Of a DNA stretch of 64,000 bases, positions 17,826 through 27,612 are shown one piece after another (the first letter of the stretch is position 1; the number at the start of each line of letters is the position of its first letter). The stretch spans positions 70,228-134,227 of the forward strand of contig CAVTJO010000011.1 of the NCBI GenBank assembly GCA_963734955.1, in the 5' to 3' direction. A program made the position numbers and the translations under genes. The DNA comes from an uncultured Bacteroidota bacterium. Its GTDB lineage: Bacteria; Bacteroidota; Ignavibacteria; UBA10030; UBA6906. Below the pieces are notes generated by a model that saw only the letters and a list, made by a program, of their open reading frames with translations, had not been told where the DNA came from and ran no database searches.

Positions 17826-19571
17826 TTACTTTAGCAAAACAAGTTTCTTACTTTCGGAAAATGACCCTGCCTGCAAACGATAGAAGTAAATTCCAGATGG
17901 CATTCCAATAGCGTTCCACTGCCATGAGTGGTTTCCTGCTGTCAGTTCTGCAGAGATGAGTGTTGCCACTTCTCCTCCCAAAACATCAAACACCTTCAAT
18001 GTTACAAACGTTTTCGATGGCAGATCAAATGAAATGGATGTTAACGGGTTAAATGGATTGGGATAGTTCTGCTCGAGTGCGAATGTTGTCGGTAGAGAGC
18101 GGTCGTTCTCATGTACGCCAGTTACACCTCCCAACGTTCCATCGGCACGGAGCCGCTGGGCATAAATATCATGTCTCTGTCCACTCAGATCGCTTCTCAA
18201 ATCAGGCCAGGCGATGATCATGCCATTGATACCATCATTTAGGACAGTGGGAAATGATTGAACAAAAGTAGCCGTACTCACAGCAACCCCATCGTTGGTC
18301 CATAAAGAAGAACCACTGGAATTTATTCTCTGAGCATATACATCTTGTATGTTATTAGTCCTTGCATCCTGCCATGTAATAACAGCGCCACCATTTCCAT
18401 CAGAGGTTAATTGCGGAAATCCCTGTCCGCCAGCGGCCAGGCAAACACCCACGCCATTTACTGCCCATTGGGCTGTTCCGCTCGCGTTTACACGTTGTGC
18501 ATAGATATTCGGATCAGGGATGCCGGTACCCAGTTCGTTCCAGGTAATAATCGCTCCCCCGTTTCCATCAGATGTTAATTGGGGGGAGTCTTGATTGCTG
18601 GCTGCCGCGCAAATAGGCACACCATTTACAGCCCATTGTACCACCCCACCTGCGCTGACTTTCTGAGCATAAATATCCCAGCCGGTCGTTCCACTTCGTC
18701 TATCCACCCAGCAAATGATGGCCGCACCAGCATCACTTATCAATTGAGGATATAGACTTCCCCCCGTAACAGAATTTACAAGTACACCGGTCGTATCCCA
18801 TAGCCTAGCCCCGGATGCATTAAGTTTCTGGGTATAAATTTCAACCGTTGTTCCGCTACGTTGGTCCTCCCATGCAATGATAGCTCCACCACTGCCATCG
18901 CTTGCTATTTGCATTGATCCCCCTTGAAATCCGGATGCATGTATAACTGCCTTGCCGCTTGCAACCCATTGAACTGCACCGGCGGCATTGACCCGCTGGG
19001 CATACAGATCTTCATTATTGTTACCGCCATTTCTGGCGTCACCCCATACAATGATTGCCCCTCCATTGCCATCGCTTGCAATTCTAGGGACTATCTGTTG
19101 TGATAGAGTTGTGGAACAGATGACAACGCCGCTTGAATCCCACATAGGTATCCCGCTTGCATCAATGTGCTGAACACGCAGACTATTTGAATCGACAACA
19201 TCTTGCCAGGAAATAAATGCACCGCCATTTCCATCACTGCACATCGAATATGTATAACTCCATACATTTGCCGGAGTAACCTTAATGCCGTTGGTAGTCC
19301 ATAGAATATTTCCATTGGAGCCTATTCGCTGAGCATACACCTCATCATTGTATGTTCCATTTCGGCCATTGCGTCTGTCATTCCAGCAAACAATTGCACC
19401 GCCACCTCCGTCACTTATGATTTGCGGTTGGTTCTGATCATAGTAATTTGTGCAGAGGGCATTATTAACTGCCGGGTTGGTAGACCACTGGGCAAGCGCC
19501 TCTGTGGCAAAAAGCTGCCAACATAGGATGAGTACTGCGAAAGGTGGAAGATGTAAATGGAAATGTTTCAT
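17826..19571 (-). CDS. secreted tandem-repeat (beta-propeller-like) protein with T9SS C-terminal sorting domain
   Basis: The signal peptide is MKHFHLHLPPFAVLILCWQLFATEALA. About nine ~55-aa repeats carry the motif YAQR.N.SG..W...G..V.....Q..PQ..SDGNGGAII.W.D. The C-terminus is a T9SS CTD (NYPNPFNPLTSISF...SGIYFYRL...KKLVLLK). A ggagaa RBS sits ahead of the ATG. Confidence 0.75.
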   Translation of the reverse strand: MKHFHLHLPPFAVLILCWQLFATEALAQWSTNPAVNNALCTNYYDQNQPQIISDGGGGAIVCWNDRRNGRNGTYNDEVYAQRIGSNGNILWTTNGIKVTPANVWSYTYSMCSDGNGGAFISWQDVVDSNSLRVQHIDASGIPMWDSSGVVICSTTLSQQIVPRIASDGNGGAIIVWGDARNGGNNNEDLYAQRVNAAGAVQWVASGKAVIHASGFQGGSMQIASDGSGGAIIAWEDQRSGTTVEIYTQKLNASGARLWDTTGVLVNSVTGGSLYPQLISDAGAAIICWVDRRSGTTGWDIYAQKVSAGGVVQWAVNGVPICAAASNQDSPQLTSDGNGGAIITWNELGTGIPDPNIYAQRVNASGTAQWAVNGVGVCLAAGGQGFPQLTSDGNGGAVITWQDARTNNIQDVYAQRINSSGSSLWTNDGVAVSTATFVQSFPTVLNDGINGMIIAWPDLRSDLSGQRHDIYAQRLRADGTLGGVTGVHENDRSLPTTFALEQNYPNPFNPLTSISFDLPSKTFVTLKVFDVLGGEVATLISAELTAGNHSWQWNAIGMPSGIYFYRLQAGSFSESKKLVLLK

Positions 19572-19649
19572 GACTAATTCTCCTTCTGCCACTAGTTGAA
19601 ATGGCGATTGCACCTACCACGGTACGTACGCAACTCGTATCCCTGCCAC

Positions 19650-20489
19650 CTACACACCCGCCATCACCTTCTGCTCTTCAAGTTTTTTCAATCGTCTCTT
19701 CACTAACAAACACGCCCCGATGGAGCCCGCATATTCCGAGTCGGGAGAGACATTCAAGTGTTTTCCGATTTTTTTCTCAAGCGCTTTCACCATGCCGGCG
19801 TTCTTCGTGATACCGCCCGTAAGGGTTACCTCTCCGTCAATCGCAACCTGACGCAACATGGCAACGATCCGATCGGAGATTGAAAGTTGGGCCCCCATCA
19901 GGATGTCCTCAACCGGGTAGCCGCTTGTGACAAGGTTGATGACCTCGGATTCTGCAAGCACTGCGCAGATGGAGCTGATGGCCTGCGGATCCTTCGAACG
20001 TAATGAGAGTGCGCCAATCTCTTCCAAGTCAAGCTCGAGTCCCTTCGCTACACGTTCGAGGAATCTGCCCGCCCCCGATGCACACTTATCGTTCATCTTG
20101 AACTTCGCGACCCGACCATGTTCATCAATACGCATAGCCTTGGCATTCTGCGCACCAACATCAAGGATGCTAACCGTGTTGGGGAACAGATACTTCGCCC
20201 CCATGGCATGACATGAAATGTCGGTGATCTGGATCTGTCGCATCGGGACCTGGTAACGGCCATAGCCCGTTGAAGCAACATAGAACACGTCCGATGTCTT
20301 CAGTCCGGACCGATTGCATGCTTCCTCGAGCGCCTTCTCCGAAGCAAGACCAAGGTTATGGCCCGTGAGTAGCGTTGCGCGGCCAGCGACAGTGTTCCCC
20401 GCAACATCAAATACCGCACACTTCGTCATCCGCGTGCCAACATCAATACCGGCGATGAAACGGCCATTCATGCTCTGTGCAACTGTCAT
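19650..20489 (-). CDS. benzoyl-CoA reductase ATPase subunit (BcrD/BadG/BzdP-like; BadF/BadG/BcrA/BcrD ATPase family)
   Basis: The product has an acetate/sugar-kinase-like ATPase fold ([31 protein letters not shown]). Its ATG overlaps the upstream stop as ATGA. Confidence 0.75.
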   Translation of the reverse strand: MTVAQSMNGRFIAGIDVGTRMTKCAVFDVAGNTVAGRATLLTGHNLGLASEKALEEACNRSGLKTSDVFYVASTGYGRYQVPMRQIQITDISCHAMGAKYLFPNTVSILDVGAQNAKAMRIDEHGRVAKFKMNDKCASGAGRFLERVAKGLELDLEEIGALSLRSKDPQAISSICAVLAESEVINLVTSGYPVEDILMGAQLSISDRIVAMLRQVAIDGEVTLTGGITKNAGMVKALEKKIGKHLNVSPDSEYAGSIGACLLVKRRLKKLEEQKVMAGV

Positions 20490-21364
20490 GGTCGGGCTTC
20501 CTCTTTGGCTGTCACGGCTTCGCCGTCATGACGTGCCTTGGCGCGTTCAAGCGCAAACAACGCCGCGCCCAACGCACCGATGAACTGCGAATCCTCATTC
20601 ACGTTAATCGGCATACCCAGTTTTTCCTCGAGAGCGCGCACCATCCCCTTGTTCTTTGAGACGCCACCGGTAAATGTAATCTCTGGATCAATCCCAACCC
20701 GGCGAATGAGGCTTACGGACCGCGCCGCAATTGACTGATGAACACCGGCGAGGATGTCTTCTCCTTTCTTTCCCTTGGAAAGATGATTCATAATTTCGGT
20801 TTCCACAAACACTGTGCAGACGTTCGTGATGCGGAGCGCGCTGGTCGATCGCATGGACACCTCACCAAGTTCATCGAGAGAAATCCCCATCACTTCTGCC
20901 GCCGCCGCAAGAAACCGACCCGTCCCCGCGGCACATTTGTCGTTCATGCAAAAATCGACCACTTCGCCTTTGTCGTTGATGCGGATCCCTTTGGTGTCTT
21001 GCCCGCCAATATCAAGGATCGTCCGCGTCTTCGGGAAAAGGAAGTTGGCGCCGCGCGCATGACAGGAGATTTCGGTAATCTGTGTGTCGCCAAATAGCAC
21101 CTTGTACCGTCCGTAACCTGTACCGACCGTGTAGGCAACGTCCCACTCCTCCAGCCTTGCTGACTTCCTGGCTTCGTTGAACGCTTTTTCTGCCGCCTTT
21201 ACCACGTTTGCACCCGTGTTCACAATGCCGCGCGCCATGATCTCGGCGTTCTCGTTCAGGATGATCGCCTTGGTCTGTGTCGAGCCTACGTCAACACCTG
21301 CTACTAGCATGATTGCTTCTCCAACGATAGTTCCTCGAACGAGGGCAACAGATTCCTCAAACAC
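20486..21364 (-). CDS. benzoyl-CoA reductase ATPase subunit (BcrA/BadF/BzdQ-like)
   Basis: This is a second, distinct BadF/BadG/BcrA/BcrD-family ATPase ([31 protein letters not shown]). Confidence 0.75.
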   Translation of the reverse strand: MFEESVALVRGTIVGEAIMLVAGVDVGSTQTKAIILNENAEIMARGIVNTGANVVKAAEKAFNEARKSARLEEWDVAYTVGTGYGRYKVLFGDTQITEISCHARGANFLFPKTRTILDIGGQDTKGIRINDKGEVVDFCMNDKCAAGTGRFLAAAAEVMGISLDELGEVSMRSTSALRITNVCTVFVETEIMNHLSKGKKGEDILAGVHQSIAARSVSLIRRVGIDPEITFTGGVSKNKGMVRALEEKLGMPINVNEDSQFIGALGAALFALERAKARHDGEAVTAKEEARP

Positions 21365-22613
21365 TCACCAATCGTTTATGCTCAAGTGATTCAAAGAACG
21401 CATCAATGCGATTACGAAGCTGGGCCACCTGAAAATACCTCGGATCGGCAAGGTCACTCTCGATAAGCAGCGTTGGGATATCCCACTTGCGGATGAATTG
21501 CTCACGCATATCCGCTTGGCCAACGGAGAACGACCGACAGGACTTGACCGAGTGGATGACAATGGCATTGGCACTGTATTCCTCCGCATACGAATGCAGC
21601 AGATCCGTACGCATGGGGAGGTTAAGGTTGGTGTAGCATGTCAGGCAGTAATCAGCAATACTCTCGAGCGGCTTTGTGGGATCGTGGCGGAACCCGTGAT
21701 CCCAGAACCCGCCAACTTTCGAGTAGCTTGACGCCACTGCACAAACACCCCACTTCTTCAGCAACTCCCAGAACGAACGGAAGTGTGGCCATGGCGGGGG
21801 GCCCTCAATTACAACGCGGAACTTCTCGTCGGGGATCGGTCCAATCCCGTGTTCAATTCTCTCCTGGATCTCCATGAGAGCCTGACGATAATAATTGGTG
21901 CACTCGGGCAAACCTCTCAACACATAGATCGGCGCCATGAAGAAGACGGCCTCGAAGTACGAATCAAACGGCGATGGTCTGTGTTTAGCCGAATGGAGAA
22001 TCTGCACCCAGAGGTCTTCAGCCTCAGCAGAATTTCGGGTGATCTCGACGAGCTTATCATGATCATACTTCTTACCTGTGATCTTCTCGCAGATCACGGC
22101 CAGCTCTTTGAGTTGGGAGACGATGTACTGCCTGTCATCTTCCTCAATCTTGTCGGAACGAAGATAAGGCACATCGAGCATCACGAGGGGCACATCATAG
22201 TAATGCGCAAGTGCTTCAAACCACTTTATAAATGTTGTACAGCCGCAATATGTGCAGAGCAAAAGGTCGGGCTTCGGCAACTGGGTCCCGGATGGGCTGA
22301 TGTTTCCAGCAAGCATCATACCGATATCGTTCTTCACATAACCACAGACATCAGGAGAGTAGCCGACATCCTCGGCTTTCAGAATAAGGTCGCCTGAAGT
22401 TTTTCGTACTCCACATTGCAGAGCATTCACTTCGGGAAACACAAGCTCGAAATCGAACACACGGAGGAACTCTGCAATGTTGCCGGGGACGAACAGATAC
22501 GCAACTTTGCGCCCATCGTCCTTCGCAGACTGCAGGCGCTCATACCATGCAGTGAGAAGCTGCTTCTGGTACTCACGTCCGGCGCCCTGGTACTTGAATT
22601 TATCCTCGCTCAT
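21357..22613 (-). CDS. benzoyl-CoA reductase subunit B (BcrB/BadE/HgdB family)
   Basis: The 418 aa product belongs to the HgdB/BcrB family and has the conserved Cys region (LLCTYCGC). Confidence 0.7.
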   Translation of the reverse strand: MSEDKFKYQGAGREYQKQLLTAWYERLQSAKDDGRKVAYLFVPGNIAEFLRVFDFELVFPEVNALQCGVRKTSGDLILKAEDVGYSPDVCGYVKNDIGMMLAGNISPSGTQLPKPDLLLCTYCGCTTFIKWFEALAHYYDVPLVMLDVPYLRSDKIEEDDRQYIVSQLKELAVICEKITGKKYDHDKLVEITRNSAEAEDLWVQILHSAKHRPSPFDSYFEAVFFMAPIYVLRGLPECTNYYRQALMEIQERIEHGIGPIPDEKFRVVIEGPPPWPHFRSFWELLKKWGVCAVASSYSKVGGFWDHGFRHDPTKPLESIADYCLTCYTNLNLPMRTDLLHSYAEEYSANAIVIHSVKSCRSFSVGQADMREQFIRKWDIPTLLIESDLADPRYFQVAQLRNRIDAFFESLEHKRLVSV

Positions 22614-22648
22614 GAAAACCTCAGTAATGATTCTGCTCCAGGATCATG

Positions 22649-23830
22649 TCACGAGAAGAACATGACCGACTCCACAAATGTTTCCACTTGAGTGCGGATG
22701 GATTCGAATACGCCCATCTTCTCTTCGTACTCGAATGCGAGATAGGCGATACCCTGTTTCTCCAGTTCATCCTTCAACACGACATAGTCAAGCAGCGCGG
22801 GCTCACAGAACTTCGGTGCACTGAAGATTACGCCATCAATCTTGCCTGCACGAATCTTTCGGACGAACTGTTCCTTCCGTGGCTTGTTGCCGTAGTGTCT
22901 GACCGATGAGTAGCGGCTCTGGTTAATGTAACTCTCCGCCAGACCAAGCAACGGGTCACCGTTAGTCACGACATCGCCATGGAACCATCGTGTATGCATC
23001 AGCAAATCGTCATCAACGATGTAGCAACCAGCTTCTTCAATCACCTGGATCAACTCAAGCGGCGGCTGCTCACAAAAACTACCCTCGATCATCACCCGCA
23101 CGTAGTCACGGGGTTTCCTATCGCGTGCGGCAATCATCGGCAGAACTTCCTGGATGATATTCGTATGCTCCTCAACAGGGATCATGGTGGCAAGGCGCAG
23201 CAAGACATAAGCTTCGTACGTGGAGAGAAGCCACGGTGTGTCTCGCTTAATCGCATACAGTCTTTCGCACAGTGCCCGGTTCTGATTGTACACCTGGATG
23301 CTGGAAACGAGTGCGACGTCGGTGGCCTTCTTGCCGCCAAGCTCTTCAAGATTTGAGAGCAGGCGACGCAGTTCGGTTCGGTAGTGTGTGACGGCAGCAG
23401 GCGAGGTCATGTTCTGAGGAAAATGTATGTAGGATACCTGCTGGTTTGGGAAGTTCGAGCTCCAAACGCCCGACAGATTCCGTGCAACATCACAGATGGA
23501 CGGGAACCAGAGGGCGTCAAAGTCCTTTGTCATATCACGGAGGCCAAGCTCAAGAGTCGAACGTGCGATTGAGCAAACGAACGACTGAATCCGCGAGTCA
23601 GCATGATCAATCTCCACTCGCCCACCCGCTCCGTAAAGACCGACCGGGAGTATTCCCACCGCATGAGGCAGCTCAAGCGGAGTGTATACAGGAAACATGC
23701 CGATGACCTTTCCTCCCGCATGCTTGCTCTTCCACTCCTTAACCGTTGGGAATGAGACATCGTCGATAATGCCCCGGTATTGTTCGATCCGTTCTTCAAA
23801 CGACTTCGAGTCCATCATCGGTTCTTCCAT
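22649..23830 (-). CDS. benzoyl-CoA reductase subunit C (BcrC/BadD/HgdA family)
   Basis: The 393 aa product belongs to the HgdA/BcrC family. It is the first of four genes in bcrCBAD order. Confidence 0.7.
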   Translation of the reverse strand: MEEPMMDSKSFEERIEQYRGIIDDVSFPTVKEWKSKHAGGKVIGMFPVYTPLELPHAVGILPVGLYGAGGRVEIDHADSRIQSFVCSIARSTLELGLRDMTKDFDALWFPSICDVARNLSGVWSSNFPNQQVSYIHFPQNMTSPAAVTHYRTELRRLLSNLEELGGKKATDVALVSSIQVYNQNRALCERLYAIKRDTPWLLSTYEAYVLLRLATMIPVEEHTNIIQEVLPMIAARDRKPRDYVRVMIEGSFCEQPPLELIQVIEEAGCYIVDDDLLMHTRWFHGDVVTNGDPLLGLAESYINQSRYSSVRHYGNKPRKEQFVRKIRAGKIDGVIFSAPKFCEPALLDYVVLKDELEKQGIAYLAFEYEEKMGVFESIRTQVETFVESVMFFS

Positions 23831-24585
23831 TGAGGCTGACGTTTCTCCATGAATGCCTCCAGTCCTTCGTTGGCATCTTCCGTCTTCATCATCTCATTCA
23901 TATACAACTCTTCAGCGCGGGTGATTGCTTCCATGCAAGGCCGATAGAGTCCTGTGTCCACCGCCCGCTTGGTCATTTCAAGAATGACTTTGCTTTGCGT
24001 CGTGAACTTTGACAGGAAGGCGGCAACATGCTGCTCAAATCCTTCGACAGGAAGCACTCGGTTGACCAATCCGATTCGTTCTGCCTCCGTCGCCGAAATT
24101 GTCTCCCCGCTCATGAGCAACTCCAGTGTTCGGTTCCGTCCAACCAGGCGTGGGAACATCGCTGCCGCAATTGGCGGGAATACTCCAACTTTGACCTCCG
24201 GCTGACCGAATTTTCCGCGCTCCGATGCTATCACGATATCGCAGTAGGTCGCCAACTCGCATCCTCCGCCAAGCGCTGCTCCATCCACAACTGCAATCGA
24301 GGGAATCCTGAAGCTGTGCAGTAGCTCGAACGTCCGATGAAACTCCCTCATCATCCCTTCCACTTTGTCGGATGTATGGTCAGCAATGTCCACACCAGCA
24401 GAGAACGCTTTCCCTTCAGCTTTGATAACAAGGACCTTCGCCGCAGGGTCCGCCCGAAGAATTTCAAGCCCTCCGTTGATTTCCGTCATCATGGCGATGT
24501 TCATGACGTTGAGTGGCGGGCGGTTTAGAACCAGTGTTGCCACACTACCACCCGTCGAAAGTCTGATATGCTCGTAAGTACTCAT
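23815..24585 (-). CDS. enoyl-CoA hydratase/isomerase (candidate cyclohexa-1,5-diene-1-carbonyl-CoA hydratase, Dch-like)
   Basis: This 256 aa protein has a crotonase fold (AFSAGVDI, GAALGGGCELATYCD). It overlaps bcrC by 16 bp. Confidence 0.75.
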   Translation of the reverse strand: MSTYEHIRLSTGGSVATLVLNRPPLNVMNIAMMTEINGGLEILRADPAAKVLVIKAEGKAFSAGVDIADHTSDKVEGMMREFHRTFELLHSFRIPSIAVVDGAALGGGCELATYCDIVIASERGKFGQPEVKVGVFPPIAAAMFPRLVGRNRTLELLMSGETISATEAERIGLVNRVLPVEGFEQHVAAFLSKFTTQSKVILEMTKRAVDTGLYRPCMEAITRAEELYMNEMMKTEDANEGLEAFMEKRQPQWKNR

Positions 24586-25145
24586 GAGAGATATTCCGTA
24601 GTTAGGGCTTTTAGGATGCTTTGCATGTGCGCATGTCTTCCCTCGCCAATTTCCTCATCATCAACACGGCCAAATGCTGCAAGCAACTCCATTTTCTTTC
24701 GCTCCGGAAGATGTTCCTCCGCCATCGGGAAAAGGACTCCGTTCTCCTTCTCGATATGTGCGTTCAGCAACTCGATATACTTTCGTGCGCTGCTCACCAA
24801 GGCAGCAACAGCAGTGCGCTCACCATGACCGTACCCCTCAATCGCTTCCCCGAGCTCTTTCACATATTGCCGACCCTTCGTGTGCTCTACAAGCATGACT
24901 CCGATCGGACCACCGTCACGTGGGATGCCAACTTTTTCCATGGCAGGGAAAAGAAATTCTTCTTCCTTCCCATGGTGGCACTGATCGGCAAACACTTTGA
25001 TGAACTCAAGTATCTGTTCAAGATGTCTTTGGGAGACCTTTTCCCCGGCATCGAGCTTGGTACATACCCGTTCCAGAACATCCAACATGAGTTGAATTGA
25101 GACATGCTCCTTCACAAGCTGATCGGTGGGCGTCATGGACGACAT
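24582..25145 (-). CDS. hemerythrin-like HHE cation-binding domain protein
   Basis: The 187 aa product has HxxxE/H motifs (KEHVSIQLML, CHHGKEEEFLFP, MLVEHTKG, EKENGVLFP). Its stop overlaps the dch start (ATGA). Confidence 0.65.
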   Translation of the reverse strand: MSSMTPTDQLVKEHVSIQLMLDVLERVCTKLDAGEKVSQRHLEQILEFIKVFADQCHHGKEEEFLFPAMEKVGIPRDGGPIGVMLVEHTKGRQYVKELGEAIEGYGHGERTAVAALVSSARKYIELLNAHIEKENGVLFPMAEEHLPERKKMELLAAFGRVDDEEIGEGRHAHMQSILKALTTEYLS

Positions 25146-25640
25146 TCTCCTCCGTTGACTCCTCCTGACTCGGTGGAGTTCTCAGCATCGTCTTTGAACG
25201 GCAGACAAGAGTTCTTCAGAACCGGTTTGACCTGGGCGATGAACTCCTCATCCGTCAGCTTGCGGTCACGCCATTCCTCATCCTGACGACTGAATCCGAG
25301 CAATACGTTGGCACTCAGGCGCACTGCTTCCATTGTCAGGTCGACCATGTGGGTGCAGCCTTCCGCACGACCAACGGCGTCGACCAACCTGCCATGAATG
25401 CCCCGCTCGATCTTCAAACCGACGACATTCTGCATCTTGTTGAGCGTGAGCTGACATATTTTGAACGGCGACTTCACCATCACGCGCTTTTGCTTCCCGG
25501 ATTGTCTTCGTCGGTACATGCACAGTCAGCTCTACACGGATGTTATGGTTAAGATCAAGAAGGGATGCCTTTGTCAGGATCAACTCCTCATTGATCCTGG
25601 AGACCGAAACATTGATGTTCCGTTCATAAATCTCAGACAC
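25133..25640 (-). CDS. hypothetical protein (apparently split by a frameshift near 25480-25500)
   Basis: ORF 25278..25640 has a clean N-terminus (MSEIYERNINVSVSRINEELILTKASLLDLNHNIRVELTVHVPTKTI) and then goes to noise. ORF 25133..25519 becomes protein-like from VMVKSPFKICQLTLNK onward. The two are in different frames and overlap. Confidence 0.4.
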
Positions 25641-25690
25641 CGCTCACCTCAATTTCTCCAATCTGCAATTCGACATCATCATCTGAAATC

Positions 25691-26460
25691 TCAGATGTAT
25701 TGACCGCCATCCACCTTCATGATCTCTCCGGTGATATGGCGTGCTTTCTCGGATACGAGGAACGCGACCGCCTCGGCAATGTCCTCCGGCTGACCAAACC
25801 TCCCCAACACAATTTCCGACACTGACTGTTGCTTTACCTCCTCGGAGAGGGATTGCGTCATGTCGGTCTCGATCATTCCCGGAGCGATCGCGTTCACATT
25901 GACATTGTACTTGCCGAGCTCTCTCGCCACCGTCTTCGTGAGACCGATAATTCCGGCTTTCGACGCCGCATAGTTTGCCTGGCCGAATTTCCCGCGCATA
26001 CCGTTGATCGATGCGATATTGACGATCTTCCCAAAGCGTTGCTCACGAAAGATCGGACTGGCTGCCCGGATGTAGTTAAAGCAGCCTTTCAGGTTCACCC
26101 CAAGAACCAGGTCCCATTGTTCTTCATCCATCTTCCAAATCACTCCGTCACGCGTTATCCCGGCGTTGTTCACGAGAATATGCAAACCACCAAGCTCAGC
26201 TGACGAACCCGACGAACTACACGTTCTGCAGCTTCTCTGAACTTCGACACATCGGATTCGATAGCAAGACATCGTCGGCCGAGCGACCGGACTTCTTTCA
26301 CAACATCCTCATGCTCGCCGGCCTTCACTCCGAAATCCAAGGAAGGTGAATGCTACATCCGCTCCCTCACGTGCAAGAGCAAGGACGATTGAACGACCAA
26401 TGCCGAGCGAACCGCCGGTGACAAGGGCAACTTTCTCTGAAAGATTTGTGGGCACCATTA
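25691..26460 (-). pseudogene. short-chain dehydrogenase/reductase (FabG/BadH-like) interrupted by two frameshifts
   Basis: Frame 1 (26460..~26345) reads MVPTNLSEKVALVTGGSLGIGRSIVLALAREGADVAFTF. Frame 2 (~26345..~26240) reads KAGEHEDVVKEVRSLGRRCLAIESDVSKFREAAERVV. Frame 3 (ORF 25691..26272) reads LGGLHILVNNAGI...NYAASKAG...PGMIETDM. Concatenated, these give a complete ~245 aa SDR. Confidence 0.7.
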
Positions 26461-26466
26461 CCTTGT

Positions 26467-27609
26467 TCACTTCGATCCGACTTTGACCGGTTTGGGCAGA
26501 ACTTCCTCCATCCTCTCACGATCCATCTCCCGCCCCTCACCAAGAATCTGACGATATCGTACGAAATCAATCACGTCTTTCCCGGTCACCTTCCGGGTGT
26601 TAAATGCCGTAAAGCCGAGGAACCCTTCGACCGCCATGTTCGCGGCAAGCCAATGACGGTTCGGAAGCTTCGTCTGGTCCCAGAAGAACTTCTTTTTCGC
26701 CCTAATACCGTCTATGGACTTGATCAGACAGCCTGGCATGAGGTTCGTCAGTCGCCAGATGATGTCGTTGATTTCCTTGTCGAGAAGTGTGAAGTCGATG
26801 GTGGCCTTCTCCATTTCCTCTCGAGCACGCTTTGCTTCTTCTCCCTGCACGAACTCACCATACACAATCTCACCATCACGCACGTATGTGTCGGTAACGA
26901 CGAGGGGATTCCGTTTGAAGCCAGTCGCAGTTTTGATAACCGGAACGACCTTGCTGACGAGACCGAGTCGCTTCATTTTATAGCTGCTCCAGACTTCGCA
27001 GGAGATGCAACTCCACATTGCATCTTCAATGTTGAGAAACAGGGGAAGGAAATCCGTCGAGCCACCATCGGGAGCCGAGCCATGTCTCGGACCTGCCTGT
27101 CCGAACACGGCGGTATCCGCCGTGATGGTTATATCCGTCGCCATTCCGATCTCCTGTCCACCGGCAACTCGCATCCCATTTACACGGCAAATGGTCGGCT
27201 TCTTGCAATTGAGGATTGCATCAACCATAGCGTTGAACAAATCCATGTACGCGCCATACTCGCTTGGCCTTTTCGCATAGTACTCTGCGTACTCCTTCGT
27301 ATTACCCCCTGTGCAAAACGACCTGTCGCCTGCACCAGTGAGGACCACAGCAACCACTCGCCGATCCATGGACGCTTTGTGAAATCCAGCAATCAAGCCC
27401 TTCACCATCTGCGTGGTGTAGGAGTTGTACTGCTTCGGATTGTTGAGTGTGATCCACGCCGAGAAGAGGTTCTCCACCGGCACACCTTTGTTGTTCAGCA
27501 CGGGACGGAGTTGATACAATGTACAGGGAGGTTCAGTTCCGAAGAACTGTTCATCCCACAGTTCGTGGTTTTTCAGATCAGTATCTCGAGGAAGCCAGTC
27601 AAGGCTCAT
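26467..27609 (-). CDS. 6-oxocyclohex-1-ene-1-carbonyl-CoA hydrolase-like ring-cleaving crotonase (Oah/BamA-like)
   Basis: This 380 aa crotonase-family protein (VVLTGAGDRSFCTGGN) has the long C-terminal extension typical of Oah/BamA (~380 aa). It is a context-supported call. Confidence 0.65.
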   Translation of the reverse strand: MSLDWLPRDTDLKNHELWDEQFFGTEPPCTLYQLRPVLNNKGVPVENLFSAWITLNNPKQYNSYTTQMVKGLIAGFHKASMDRRVVAVVLTGAGDRSFCTGGNTKEYAEYYAKRPSEYGAYMDLFNAMVDAILNCKKPTICRVNGMRVAGGQEIGMATDITITADTAVFGQAGPRHGSAPDGGSTDFLPLFLNIEDAMWSCISCEVWSSYKMKRLGLVSKVVPVIKTATGFKRNPLVVTDTYVRDGEIVYGEFVQGEEAKRAREEMEKATIDFTLLDKEINDIIWRLTNLMPGCLIKSIDGIRAKKKFFWDQTKLPNRHWLAANMAVEGFLGFTAFNTRKVTGKDVIDFVRYRQILGEGREMDRERMEEVLPKPVKVGSK

Positions 27610-27612
27610 GGT

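Noticed and set aside
21783-22397. 204-aa plus-strand ORF
   Set aside because: It is antisense to bcrB. No homology was recognised.
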